From positions 32,001 through 96,000 of the forward strand of contig CAVPRW010000022.1 of assembly GCA_963707985.1 (NCBI GenBank): a DNA stretch of 64,000 nucleotides, written 5' to 3'. Each line of letters opens with the position of its first letter. The first letter of the stretch is position 1. The notes under the pieces are model-generated. The model saw only the letters and a list, made by a program, of their open reading frames with translations. It ran no database searches and was not told the DNA's origin. Shown piece after piece: positions 40,924 through 52,226 of the stretch. Position numbers and translations under genes: made by a program. The DNA comes from an uncultured Nitrospinota bacterium. GTDB taxonomy: Bacteria > Tectomicrobia > Entotheonellia > J063 > CAVPRW01.

Positions 40924-42357
40924 CTATTCTCCACCAAAAACCTCGACGTTGGCGAACAGACAGGCTGGCGCGGCATGTCCCGTGCGCATGACCTGATTCG
41001 GTTCACCCTTCCCACAATTCGGAGTGCCCATAATATCCACGGTATCGGGGTTGCCGACCATCTTCAGGCTACGCCAGAAGGTGGCTGAGATGCCGCGGTA
41101 GTTTGGATTCTTCACCACTGTCGTGAGGCGACCTCCTTCGACCAACTGGCCCCACTCACAGCCAAACTGGAACTTGTTACGCGAGTCATCGATGGACCAC
41201 GAGCAGTTGGTCCGCATATAGATGCCGTGGTCTATGGCGGCGATCATCTCGTCCAGTCTGGCGTTGCCCGGCTCAAGGTTGATGTTGGCCATGCGGTCGA
41301 TGGGGGGGCGATTCCAACTTGAGGCCCGCGCATTGGCGACGCCTGGAACATTGGCACGGATCTGCGAGGTACGCCCACCGAGAGCACGCTGCAAGATGCC
41401 GTTCTGGATGAGGTACTCGCGACGCGCTGGCTGACCATCGTCGTCGAAGCCATAGCTGACAAACTGCTCAGGGTTGGTGGGATCAAAGGTGATGTTTAAC
41501 AGGTCCGAACCGTAGCGATAGGTCCCAAACATCTCAGGGGTCACGAAGCTCGTGCCCGCATAGTTGCGCTCATCGCCGAGGATGCGGTCGAGCTCCAGCG
41601 GATGCCCGACGGATTCATGGACTTGCAGGATCACCTGATCTGGCGCCAGTAACACGTCCATCGTACCCGAGGGGCAATTGGGTGCCACCAGCAGTTGCAA
41701 GGCCTCCTGGGCGATGCGGGGAGCCGCGGTACGGAAGTTGACGTGTTCGAGGATCTCCATGCCCCCCTGTCGGCAGAAACCTCGCCCGCCAAAGGTGCGT
41801 GTCTGCGTCTCAGCTCCCACGTTGGCGGTAGCGCTGAGCATGGGTACAAGATAGCGAAAGCGCTGCTCGACCTGTCCACCGTCGGCCGTGAGGTAAAGCG
41901 TGTCGACTGCCGTATGCCAGAGCGAGGTTTCCCAATCGACAATACGGTCGTCGGTCTTGAGGCGTGCACACTCGTCCCGTAGCAGGTCGATCTTGTCAGA
42001 TAACGGGACACTGCTCCAGGGTTGGTGCTCCACACTGCCATACTCACCGTGAGGTGGCGCAACGATCAGTTGCGCGAAATCCACCACGCTCCGGCGCGCA
42101 CTCAGTCTGGCCCAGTCGTGAGCCCGCTCGGCGGCACGGCGTAAACCACTGAGGCTCAAGTCGCTTGTCGCGGCATACCCCATACCACCGCCAGCGTAGA
42201 TCGTCACCATGGCGCCACTGTCCTCTGACGTCGCAAAAGGCTGCACGACATCTTGACGTACGGCGAGGTACTCGGAGCGCTCCCTGACATAGCGTAACGA
42301 GCAGAAATCCACCGGCGGAGCCGCCTGGCGGAACCGTTCTACAAGATGTGCGTCCAT
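40924..42357 (-). CDS. tldD: TldD-family metalloprotease
   Basis: HESVGHPLE zinc motif, PIDRMAN and NCGKGEP. Confidence 0.94.
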   Translation of the reverse strand: MDAHLVERFRQAAPPVDFCSLRYVRERSEYLAVRQDVVQPFATSEDSGAMVTIYAGGGMGYAATSDLSLSGLRRAAERAHDWARLSARRSVVDFAQLIVAPPHGEYGSVEHQPWSSVPLSDKIDLLRDECARLKTDDRIVDWETSLWHTAVDTLYLTADGGQVEQRFRYLVPMLSATANVGAETQTRTFGGRGFCRQGGMEILEHVNFRTAAPRIAQEALQLLVAPNCPSGTMDVLLAPDQVILQVHESVGHPLELDRILGDERNYAGTSFVTPEMFGTYRYGSDLLNITFDPTNPEQFVSYGFDDDGQPARREYLIQNGILQRALGGRTSQIRANVPGVANARASSWNRPPIDRMANINLEPGNARLDEMIAAIDHGIYMRTNCSWSIDDSRNKFQFGCEWGQLVEGGRLTTVVKNPNYRGISATFWRSLKMVGNPDTVDIMGTPNCGKGEPNQVMRTGHAAPACLFANVEVFGGE

Positions 42358-42617
42358 CCTTCTCCTCCTCGGGGTGTTGCAGCGGATATACGGTCATTTG
42401 GCCCCTTGCCACAGGCAGCGCTAGCATGGGTACGGCACGAGTCAAGTAGGGCATGACGATGATATGGACAGGACTATATTAAAGGGCTGGGGAGCTGCTG
42501 TCGAGGACCGTCAGCTAGGGAGGGAACCTAGGGCATCTCGCCGGATTCGTAAGCACTTGTACTTACAATCGATTCTCGAAAATCAACATTCACGGCGGAA
42601 CGCCCATACTGTCGGAA

Positions 42618-43532
42618 TCACGCCGATCCGTTGCGCAATCTGGGGTCCAAGATATCTCGTAACATATCACCAAAGAGGTTGAAGGCCAGTACAGCAATAC
42701 TGATCGCCAGCCCAGGGAAGAGGGCCAGGGTCGGCACGCGCTCCATAAATTGCCGGCCCGCACCGCTGAGCATCCCGCCCCAGGAGGGAGTCGGCGGCGG
42801 CGTGCCCAACCCCAGGAAGCTTAGCGACGCCTCGATAATGATCGCATTGCCAAACAAGACGGAGGCGAGGACGATGACGGGTGCGACGATATTGGGGAGG
42901 ATGTGCGCCAGCATGATGCGTACATCGCTACAGCCGATTGCCTGTGCGGCATCGATATAGGTGTCCTGCGCCACCGCCAGGACGGCACTCCGCACGACGC
43001 GTGCTTGGGCTGGAATATTCACGATGGCAATGGCGGTGATGGCCGTGGTTGTGCTTGGCCCAAGCACAACCACCATGACGAGCGCCAGGATCAACCCAGG
43101 AATGGACTGAATCGCGTCGATGAAGCGCTGCACGATGAGGTCGACTGTACTACCCGCAAAGGCACTTAGCGTTCCTACCACCACTCCAATGCCAGTGGCG
43201 ATGACCACGGAAAGCATCCCAACCCAGAGGGAAATGCGTGATCCATATATCACCCGGCTCAGGATATCTCGGCCAAGATTGTCGGTGCCCATGGGATGTG
43301 TCCAACTCGGCGGTTGAAGGCGCTCTGAGTCAGAGACTGTCAGCGGGTCATAGGGAGACACGACATCCGCCAGACAGGCCCCGACAATGAGCAGGAGGAT
43401 AATCACCGCCGAGGCGGCCCCAAGCGGCTTTTGCTTGGCGATGAGGAACCATCTGGGAAGCCCTTTGCATACGTGGATGTACCCTTTGAGAAGTGCGTCG
43501 GCTGCTAGTGATGATGTCATGATGCCGCTCAC
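42618..43532 (-). CDS. Peptide ABC transporter permease (DppC-like)
   Basis: GTDNLGRD, HILPN and EASLSFLGLG motifs. Confidence 0.93.
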   Translation of the reverse strand: MSGIMTSSLAADALLKGYIHVCKGLPRWFLIAKQKPLGAASAVIILLLIVGACLADVVSPYDPLTVSDSERLQPPSWTHPMGTDNLGRDILSRVIYGSRISLWVGMLSVVIATGIGVVVGTLSAFAGSTVDLIVQRFIDAIQSIPGLILALVMVVVLGPSTTTAITAIAIVNIPAQARVVRSAVLAVAQDTYIDAAQAIGCSDVRIMLAHILPNIVAPVIVLASVLFGNAIIIEASLSFLGLGTPPPTPSWGGMLSGAGRQFMERVPTLALFPGLAISIAVLAFNLFGDMLRDILDPRLRNGSA

Positions 43533-43632
43533 CTTTGCGCGCAGATGAACAGGAAGCTGTCCCTCTCTATAGCCCAGCGGCAGACTGTTCTTGCAGCCGC
43601 TGTATGACCGGTGTGCATGGGCTGCCGTGCGC

Positions 43633-44583
43633 TCACTGATACCTGATCCGCGGATCCAGCCATGAATAAGACATGTCCACCAGCAGATTCAAAAACACCA
43701 AAGTGGCAGATAGGAACAGGACATTCGCCTGTATTTGCGGATAGTCGCGAAAGCCAATCGAAGAAAAGGTCAGAAATCCCACGCCCGGTAGGGAAAACAG
43801 GGTCTCCAGAATCACGGTGCCGCCCAGCAGTGTACCCAACTGCGTGCCAAGAATCGTCAGCACGGGTATCAGCGCATTCTTGAGGGCATGCCGATACACC
43901 ACAGCCCCTTCCCGGAGTCCCTTCGCATGCGCCGTACGCACGTAGTCCTGCCGCAGCACCTCCAACATATTGGCCCGTACCATACGAGCCGTGGTCGCCG
44001 AGAGTCGTAAGCCAAGGACCATCACCGGCAAACAAAATTGTTGGAGATTCATGAACGGATCATCGAGCAACGACACATACCCCAGGGGCGGGAGAAATCC
44101 CCAGGCTAGGGAAAAGTAAAGTATGAGCAGCGTGCCGACCCAAAAATCAGGCACCGAGATGCCCAAGATCGCGAAGATTTGTGCGATATAATCCGTCCAG
44201 GTATCTTGTCGCACGGCGGAGAGTATGCCTAGTGGCACAGCGATCAACACGGCCAGGGTCAGCCCACCGAACGCCAGCTCAGCACTGATGGGAATGGCCG
44301 CCCATAAGCGTTCAGCGGTAGGCTCTCTGGTCCACAGGGAGCGGCCGAGGTCGCCGCGGGCAAGGCCCCCCGCCCAGTTTCCCATCTGCTCGAGAAAGGA
44401 GTGGTCCAGGCCCAGCTCGCGTCGCACCGCCTGAATGCTCTCATCGGTGACGACACCAACCTCCTGGAGGCGTGCGATAACGGCATCACCCGGAATGAGA
44501 TGCATCAGGGAGAAGACCAGAAGGCTAACGAGCATGAGCGTCGGGGCAGCCAGGAGGGCACGTCTGATCAGATACGGCCGCAT
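43633..44583 (-). CDS. Peptide ABC transporter permease (DppB-like)
   Basis: GDLGRS, DYVRTAHAKGL, HALKNALIP and RDYP motifs. Confidence 0.93.
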   Translation of the reverse strand: MRPYLIRRALLAAPTLMLVSLLVFSLMHLIPGDAVIARLQEVGVVTDESIQAVRRELGLDHSFLEQMGNWAGGLARGDLGRSLWTREPTAERLWAAIPISAELAFGGLTLAVLIAVPLGILSAVRQDTWTDYIAQIFAILGISVPDFWVGTLLILYFSLAWGFLPPLGYVSLLDDPFMNLQQFCLPVMVLGLRLSATTARMVRANMLEVLRQDYVRTAHAKGLREGAVVYRHALKNALIPVLTILGTQLGTLLGGTVILETLFSLPGVGFLTFSSIGFRDYPQIQANVLFLSATLVFLNLLVDMSYSWLDPRIRYQ

Positions 44584-44600
44584 ACCACTCTTCTCTCTTC

Positions 44601-46412
44601 CTACCGATCCAACCAGGTATACTCCATGGCATGAGCCCCCCAACCATGCTGGAACATGTAGAGCTCATGCGTCACCCAATTACGCACGTAGGGTTTGGTG
44701 AACTCGGCATAGTAGTACATCGACACCCAGAGTCGGTAGACCTGGTCTAGCTCGCGCTCACGGATTTGCCGTGCAAGGGCTTTACGTTTTTCCAGGTCAA
44801 ATTCCTGCTGTTGGGCCTCAATGAGTCTGTCCAATTCCGGATCATTGACACCGGCATAGTTTTCGGGGCCTTGAGAATGCACCTTCATGACATAGGTGTT
44901 CAGGCTTGTCCCCGCCCCGACCGTAGCTCCAGCCATGACGCCCTTCCACGTTTTGCTGCGAAACATGGCTTGAAACGCCGTTTGCTCTGTGAGCTTCAAA
45001 TTCGCCTGAACCCCGATGGCGCGCCAATAATCAAGAACCGTTTCCACTTGCCCCGCCAAGAACGGCACCATGGCTCCGCCACGCACCCAGCTGTAGACGT
45101 CGAAGGTCAACGGTTTGGACTGGTCATAGCCGGCTTCCTCCAGGAGTGCCTTGGCTTTGGAGGGATCATACTGAAACCATGGGCCGAATTCTTCGCATGG
45201 ATAGGGATACGTTCGGCCGAGCCACCAGGTCGGCACGGTGCCATAGGGACAATAGCCCTGACCCACAGCTCGTTTGAGAACGGCCGCTCGGTCGACGGCC
45301 ATGGCTAAGGCTCGACGCACCCTGACGTCATTGAATGGGGGCTCCCGGAGCTGGAATTGCCACATGATATTGCCGCCAGTATTCATCTCCGAGACGCGCA
45401 GGTGAGCGGTCGTCCCCGGCGTCTCTGTCCGTAGCAGGGTTTCGACTTCGTCCCACGAGAAGGCATACACCTGGTCGAGCTTACCCGTTCGGAAGGCCGC
45501 TTTTTGCGTGGCAGGATCCGGCACCCACAGCAATTCAATGGCGTCCAGGTAGGGCAATGATTGACCGAACTTGTCTTTCTTCCAGTAGGTTGGGTTGCGC
45601 TTGAAAGCAAGAATATTTTGCTTCACATGTTTCGCCACGGTGAATGGGCCCGAGCCAAGTGGTGGTGCCACACCCACCCCGCCCTCGCGCTCATAGGCTT
45701 CTTTGGGGAACACGAAGTAACCAGGCTGGGTCAGGCTATCGATAAAATCCGGAAACGGCTGCTTGAGGTTGATGATGAGGGTGGATTCATCTGGCGCTTC
45801 AATGCTTTCCACCATCTGGAACGTGGCCCACTGTTGGAAGGCCTTTGGGTCACGGTATTTGTCGTACGCAAACTTGATGTCCTGAGCCGTCAGGCGTCGG
45901 CCGTTCAGGGGCGGGACATCCTGCCACCTCGCCTCAGGGCGGATCTTGAAGGTGTATTGGGTTGGGCTAGTCTGCTGCCAGGTCTCGCACAAGTCGCAAA
46001 TCGGAAAGAGCTGCTGAAGGTTCGCACCCTGTGTCTCAAAGGCTGTGGTCAAGGTCATATCGACCTGCATCAGTTTATTGTAGACCACGCTGCCCCACCC
46101 CAATGTGCCGGTATTGCCGGTAAACGGGTCCCAGTTGGTGGGCTCATTGCGTAAGTCCAGGTGTAAGGTACCTCCATACTTGGGCTTGCCCGCGTAATTC
46201 GGCAGCTTGCTCCAGTGGTACTGGGCAATCACCGGATGGGCCTGGGCTAATTCCGGTGCGATCAAGCTTTCGCCCACTGCGGCCAACGGTGTGACCAACG
46301 GCTGTGCCGCAGCCTGGACGCTCGCCAGGACCATGGCCACTATGAAGACGCCCCCCAAGTGGACCCAGCTTTGACGTTGTCTCTCTTCAGGAATTTTCAT
46401 CGAGAGTTTCAT
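44601..46412 (-). CDS. Peptide ABC transporter substrate-binding protein (family 5)
   Basis: PKYGGTL, GSGPF and PFNDVRVRRAL motifs; hydrophobic N-terminal signal segment. Confidence 0.9.
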   Translation of the reverse strand: MKLSMKIPEERQRQSWVHLGGVFIVAMVLASVQAAAQPLVTPLAAVGESLIAPELAQAHPVIAQYHWSKLPNYAGKPKYGGTLHLDLRNEPTNWDPFTGNTGTLGWGSVVYNKLMQVDMTLTTAFETQGANLQQLFPICDLCETWQQTSPTQYTFKIRPEARWQDVPPLNGRRLTAQDIKFAYDKYRDPKAFQQWATFQMVESIEAPDESTLIINLKQPFPDFIDSLTQPGYFVFPKEAYEREGGVGVAPPLGSGPFTVAKHVKQNILAFKRNPTYWKKDKFGQSLPYLDAIELLWVPDPATQKAAFRTGKLDQVYAFSWDEVETLLRTETPGTTAHLRVSEMNTGGNIMWQFQLREPPFNDVRVRRALAMAVDRAAVLKRAVGQGYCPYGTVPTWWLGRTYPYPCEEFGPWFQYDPSKAKALLEEAGYDQSKPLTFDVYSWVRGGAMVPFLAGQVETVLDYWRAIGVQANLKLTEQTAFQAMFRSKTWKGVMAGATVGAGTSLNTYVMKVHSQGPENYAGVNDPELDRLIEAQQQEFDLEKRKALARQIRERELDQVYRLWVSMYYYAEFTKPYVRNWVTHELYMFQHGWGAHAMEYTWLDR

Positions 46413-46914
46413 ATACTCCTCGTCTGGTGAACCATGCGCTCGCATCCCCGATGGTCAGCGCTGGGTACCAGCTATAAATTAGAACGATGGAGCAAGACTG
46501 ATGCCGACTCCCACGTCGCTGAGCATCCGCGGCTCTATGACGGTTTTAGCGATGTGGCTAGCCCAGATCGACACTTTCGAGGGCTTGAGCGAAGTTTTCC
46601 AGCCCGAATTGCCATGTTTCCTGAGCAACAGATAGGCAGCAAATTGTCTGGCAGGCAACAGACCGTTGTCTCGGAGGCGATCAGCTGGGTGAATGTGCCG
46701 CTTGACGTGTATGGGCGCGAGCCGTATAACAGCCCTCATGCGGTCGGATGAGCGTCAGTGTACCCGCAGACCAATGAGCCCCTGTCTCACACGGGCATAC
46801 TTACCTTACGTATGGGGTAACCCCCATTCGCGGGTGCCCCCCGGAAGTCGCGTATCCATGATGCCTGCGGAACTATTCTTGCCGTCGGTTGTCTCCTGTT
46901 TCGACACCTATTCC

Positions 46915-47018
46915 CCCTTCTCCCTCCAGGAGAGGGCTTACAAGGGTAGGTTCTTTTAGACATGATACTGACCCTGGTGCCTTGCGCCCTCTCCCTCCGG
47001 GAGAGGGCGGGGTGAGGG
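46915..47018. repeat. Two REP-like palindromes (CCCTCTCCC-TCC-GGGAGAGGG type)
   Basis: 46915-46936 imperfect copy; 46987-47007 perfect hairpin followed by CGGGGTGAGGG. Confidence 0.7.
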
Positions 47019-47119
47019 TGACATAGAGTCAGGGAGAGCGCTTGCATTTGTAAGGTCGCCACCCGCTCAACCGGAACCGCTATAGGTGTGGCACTGGCGC
47101 CGCGATGGAGGTCGCAACG

Positions 47120-47595
47120 ATGGTAAAGCTGAAAGTCAATCACCAGGATTATGCCGTCGACGTCAGTCCGGACACGCCGTTGCTCTGGGTGCTGCGGGAA
47201 ACGCTCGGGCTGACCGGGACCAAGTATCGGCTGTGGCATGGCGCTGTGCGGCGCCTGCACCGTCCACCTCGACGGCGAGGCGGTGCGATCGTGCGTCACG
47301 CCGGTGTCGCGCGCCGCGGACAAGGAGGTCACGACGATCGAAGGCCTCTCCCCCGACCTGCAGCCATCCGCTGCAGCAGGCCTGGATCGCTGTGGACGTG
47401 CCGCAGTGCGGCTACTGCCAGTCGGGGCAGATCATGGCCGCCGCCGTGCTGCTGCGCGAAAACCCCGCATCCCACCGACGCCGACATCGACGACGCGATG
47501 TCGCGGCAATATCTGCCGCTGCGGGACCTATCAGCGCATCCGCCGCGCCATTCATCGGGCGGCCGAGCTGGCAGGCGAAAGGAGGCGAGGAATGA
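47120..47595 (+). CDS. iorA: (2Fe-2S) subunit of an isoquinoline-1-oxidoreductase-type molybdoenzyme (frameshifted)
   Basis: [34 protein letters not shown] and NICRCGTY spread across frames. Confidence 0.85.
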
Positions 47596-49778
47596 GCGAG
47601 ATCGTCAATGTCAGCCGTCGCGATTTCTTCAGGACCAGCCTGGCTGGCTGGCGGAGGTCTGATACTGGGCCTTTACTCTGCACCCAGCTGGCTGATCCGG
47701 CTGGCGCGGCGCAACGATCGGCGACGACCTTCGCGCCCAATGCCTTCGTCCGCATCGGCACGGATGACTCCGTGACCGTGATCGTCAACCACTCCGAAAT
47801 GGGGCAGGGCGTTATACCGGCGCTGCCGATGCTGGTGGCCGAGGAGCTCGACGCCGATTGGAGCAAGGTCCGCGTCGAGGCCGCGCCGGTTGACCCGGCC
47901 TACAACCACACGCTCTTCGGCATTCAGATGACCGGCGGCAGCACCAGCACCTGGACCGAGTGGGAGCGGCTGCGCCAGGCCGGGGCGATGGCGCGGGCGA
48001 TGCTGATCGCCGCCGCGGCCGCAGGCGTGGAAGGTCGATCCGGCGAGCTGCCGAGCCGAGAATGGCCAGGTCATTCACACGGCCTCGCGGCGGCAGCTGT
48101 CCTACGGCGAACTGGCGGAGAAGGCCGCCGACCTGACGCCGCCGCAGAACGTCGCGCTGAAAGACCCCAAAGATTTCAAGCTCATCGGCAAACCGACCAA
48201 GCGCCTCGACACGCCCGAGAAGATCAACGGCAAGGCGGTGTTCGGCCTTGATGTCAACGTGCCCGGGCATGCTCACGCGCTGGTCGTCGCCCGTCCACCC
48301 GTCTTCGGCGGCAAGGTGAAAAGCTTCGATGCCGACAAGGCGAAGGCCGTGCCCGGTGTGCGGCACGTCGTGGAGATCGATCGCGGCATCGCGGTGGTCG
48401 CCGACGGCTTTTGGCCCGCCACGAAAGGCCGCGAGGCCTTGCAGATCGTCTGGGACGAAGGGCCGCTCGCCGGACTCGATAGCCGGAAGCAGCGCGAGCA
48501 GTATGCGGAACTCTGGCCAAACAGCCCGGGGCCGTGGCCAGAAAAGAAGGCGACGTGGCCGACAGCCATGGGCCGCGCTGCCAAGAAACTCGAAGCGGTG
48601 TATGAGCTGCCCTACCTCGCCCACGCGCACCATGGAGCCGCTCAACTGCGTCGCCGACGTACGCCCCGACCGCTGCGAGGTCTGGACTGGGCACGCAGTT
48701 CCAAACCGGCGATCGCATGGCCGCGGCACAAATCGCCGGACTCAAACCCGAACAGGTCAACGCTCCACACCACGCTGCTGGGCGGTGGCTTCGGCCGGCG
48801 CGCCGTCTTCGACAGCCACTTCGTGCGTGAGGCGGTGCAGGTTTCCAAAGCCGTCAAGGCGCCGGTCAAAGTGATCTGGACGCGCGAAGACGACACGCGC
48901 GGTGGTTACTACCGACCCGCTGCCTATCACTCCGATCGGCGGCGGTCTGGATGCGTCGGGAAATCCCGTGGCCTGGCAGCATCGCATCGTTTGTCCAGTC
49001 CTTCATGGCCGACACGCCCTTCGAGGCCGCGATCATCAAAGATGGCGTCGACCACACCGCCGTCGAAGGGGCCGCCGATCTGCCCTACGACATTCCCAAT
49101 CTGCTGGTGGACTGGAAGAGAGCTCCCGACGGCGTCCCGACCTTGTGGTGGCGGTCGGTGGGACATTCGCACACCGCCTTCGTGGTCGAGAGCTTTGTCG
49201 ACGAACTGGCGCACGCCGCGGGCAGAGACCCCTGGAATTCCGCCGGGCACTGCTGGGAAAGCGCCCCCGCTACAAAGCGGTCCTTGAGCTCGCCGCCGAA
49301 AAGGCCGGCTGGGGGACAGCCACTCCCGGAAGGGCATGGACGTGGTCTGGCCGTGCATGAATCGTTCGGAAGTTTCGTGGCGGAGGTCGCGGAGGTCTCG
49401 GTCGCCAGAGATGGGCAAGGTCAAAGTGCACCGCGTCGTCTGCGCGGTCGATTGCGGCCCGGTTGTCAACCCGGATACGATTCAAGCCCAGATGGAAGGC
49501 GCGGATCGTCTTCGGCCTGACCGCCGCGCTGTACGGTGAGATCACCTTCGAAAACGGGCGCGTGCAACAGCGCAATTTCCACGACTACCCGATGCTGCGG
49601 ATGCAACGAAATGCCGGTGGTCGAGACGCACATCGTGCCCAGTACGGAGAAGATGGGCGGCGTCGGCGAGACCGGCGTGCCACCGATTGCCCCGGCCGTG
49701 GCCAACGCCATCTTCGCCGCCACCGGCAAACGCATCCGGCGTCTGCCGATCCGTGCTGAAGACTTGCGCAAAGCCTAA
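47592..49778 (+). CDS. iorB: Molybdopterin-binding subunit, IorB-type, with Tat-like signal (many frameshifts)
   Basis: [32 protein letters not shown] and [20 protein letters not shown] motifs. Confidence 0.85.
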
Positions 49779-49893
49779 GACGATGGACAGGCATCGTTGG
49801 TGGTATCGCCTCTGCTGAGCCCTCCGGGGCCTTTAGTGTTCCCTCTCCCCCAATTCACCCACCATCTCTTGGTCGACTAGCAGGAGGATCACG

Positions 49894-50502
49894 ATGGCAG
49901 ATACCGTGCTCGATCGGCAAGACCGGGTCACACGCGTCCTGAAGTGGCTAGGAATCTTTGCTGCACTGTTCTTGTTGATTTCAATCCACCAATTCTTAGG
50001 GGGCAGACAGATGGCCGGCATGCGCCCTTTGCCGGCCGAAGCGGCCCAGGTGTCGGGTCAGCCGGATGAGGGCGGGGCTCGCGAGGCCCTCCTGGCAGCG
50101 TACTCGGTCTTCATGCACCCGCGCTGCATGAACTGCCATCCGGTGGGAGACATCCCACTCCAAGGAGAGGATAGCCACGTGCATGCTCAAGGGGTCAAAC
50201 GAGGTGCGAATGGGCAAGGCCTGTACGGGATGAAATGCGGTGCCTGCCATCAGTTGACCAACCTGCCTGGCGCCAATATGCCCCCGTGGGTGCCTCACTG
50301 GCACATGCCGCCCCCGACGATGCGCATGGTATTCGAGGGGAAATCAGCGGGCGATCTCTGCCGGCAACTGAAAGACCCGCAACAGAATGGAGGCAGAAGC
50401 CTTGAAGCGGCCATCGAGCATCTCGATGCCGATCCACTGGTGTTCTGGGGTTGGACCCCAGGGGACGGGCGTAGCATGCCGCCGTTAAGCCATGCCGAAT
50501 TT
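49894..50502 (+). pseudogene. Diheme c-type cytochrome of the ior cluster, C-terminus cut by an IS
   Basis: N-terminal TM segment and heme motifs CMNCH and CGACH; the frame reaches the IS terminal repeat at PPLSHAEF. Confidence 0.75.
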
Positions 50503-51911
50503 CCACATTCCATCGGATTTCGTGGTGGAGGGTATCCCTGCTCATCGAAAGCCTCCAGAGGTGAGGATTTGGACATTGAGGAACCAGTCGCGTGTCGGGA
50601 CTGGTCCTCCTTCGACTTCTACCCCACACTGCCCGGCATGCAGGGCGCGACGCTGGGAGGGCACCAGGTTGTACAGATGGGCCAGCCCTCGAAGAAACGC
50701 CTCTTGGCTGCCAGCTGGATGGTGAAAGCCTTGCATCGCGAAAAGTTTCCGCTCAATGGCGTTATGGGCCTGATCCAGCAGGGTGCTCATCACGGGCATC
50801 TGCGGGTCTTCGCGCACCGCATACCACCCCGCCTGCTGGTCCTGAAACCAGCGCCGGACGTGCGCCCCGTTAGCCACCCCGGCGCTGTGAGTCACGTGAT
50901 CGGCAACGCGGCGTAACTGCTGGCCGAGTGCAAACACCCGTACGCCTCGCCGCTGTCGCGCCCGGTACAACAAGGTGTGAAAGTGCGAGCGCAAGGCCTT
51001 GCGGACAGGCGACGCGATGGCCGCCAGTTTCTTCGGGAGCTTGATGAGCGCGTGGCGGAGACAGTTGCCGAGACGCGCTCCGGGAAAGAGCGTCTGCAGG
51101 CTCTTGGTGGTGCTGTCGAAGCCATCGGTGAGGATGCCCCGGACCCGATAGGCTGAGATGCCGCACGTTGAAACTCTTGATACGACTGGGTAAACGCCGC
51201 CGCACTGGCGGCCTCGGTATAGCCTAGATGCCAGATGACGCGACCACTGACGATCGTGGGCAACTACACCTGCTCGGTGAGGCAGTGACGATGCTTTTCA
51301 TCGGCCAGGCAATATGCCGGGAGCGGCAACCCACACCGGGGAAGCACGGCCACAAGACGCTGTTGTCCGAGCGCACAGATGAGGCGATAGAGTGCCATCG
51401 GGGAGACATGGCAGATCACGGCGCACCGCTCCAAACTGAGGCCTCCATGGGTGGCCAGCAACGCGTCGCGGGCGACATCAGGATGCATCTGGCGATAGCG
51501 CAAGACGAAGTGGGGGAGGACCGTCAACACCGCGCGACACCTCGGGCACTGGAGACGCCAGATCGCGAGGCCGCCGAGACGGACCCGCACATAGTGCGAA
51601 TGACGCGTCAGGCATCCTCCCCCATCACAGGTCGCCTGATGTTTGAGTTGGAAGCCGAGGGCGAGGCGGAAGGCGAGCACACATTCACCAAATGCCTTGC
51701 CGTCTGCCATCAGGCGGAAGTACGTGGCTTCATCTCGAAAATCGACGGTGATGGTGCGGTTTTCTCGCGTCGGTTTGGCCGCTGTGCCCATGGGGCACCC
51801 CTCTGTCCTCAGGTCTCGTCAGCTGATGAGACACGATGGGGGTCACACACTGAAATCTCAAGATAATCATGAATGGCTCGGAACGTTACCACGAAATCCG
51901 ATGGAATGTGG
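50503..51911 (-). mobile_element. 1409-bp insertion sequence with perfect 24-bp terminal inverted repeats
   Basis: CCACATTCCATCGGATTTCGTGGT at 50503-50526 and its exact reverse complement at 51888-51911. Confidence 0.9.
50542..51791 (-). pseudogene. Putative DDE transposase with an internal TAG (51264-51266) and a frameshift near 51155
   Basis: CxxC (LQCPRC), HTH-like region, and acidic motifs LADEKH, ILTDGFDST and HNAIERK; lies between the TIRs. Confidence 0.75.
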
Positions 51912-51998
51912 GTTTTCCCTCTGGCAGCAGAGCTGGATGATATAGAGCGACCTGCTCGTCATAGCAAGGGCATCGATTAAGAACACGGAGCATGATCT

Positions 51999-52217
51999 AT
52001 GGCGTCATCCTCACAACTGGAGCAACGTGTGGCCAACCTGGAAGCAGAGGTCGCCGCATTGAAACGGAAGCTCGACAAGCTGGACAGGGCTATCCCGTGG
52101 TGGGAGCAGATTGCAGGCACGTTTGAGAACGATCCGATCTACGAGCAGGCTATGCAGCTTGGGCGCGAGTATCGCCAGTCACTGCGGCCGAAATCCGTAC
52201 CACGCCACAAACAGTAG
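51999..52217 (+). CDS. Putative antitoxin
   Basis: Small coiled-coil protein with PWWEQIAGTFENDP; directly upstream of a PIN gene. Confidence 0.7.
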   Translation: MASSSQLEQRVANLEAEVAALKRKLDKLDRAIPWWEQIAGTFENDPIYEQAMQLGREYRQSLRPKSVPRHKQ

Positions 52218-52226
52218 ATACCCTCA

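Noticed and set aside
46434..46900. Short ORFs upstream of the SBP gene
   Set aside because: No motif support on either strand
47238..48251. Apparent IorA-IorB fusion
   Set aside because: Better explained by a +1 indel; the alternative frame ends QAKGGEE* with an ATGA overlap and an RBS for iorB
49894..50916. 340-aa ORF as a single protein
   Set aside because: Chimera of the cytochrome 5' part and the antisense strand of the IS
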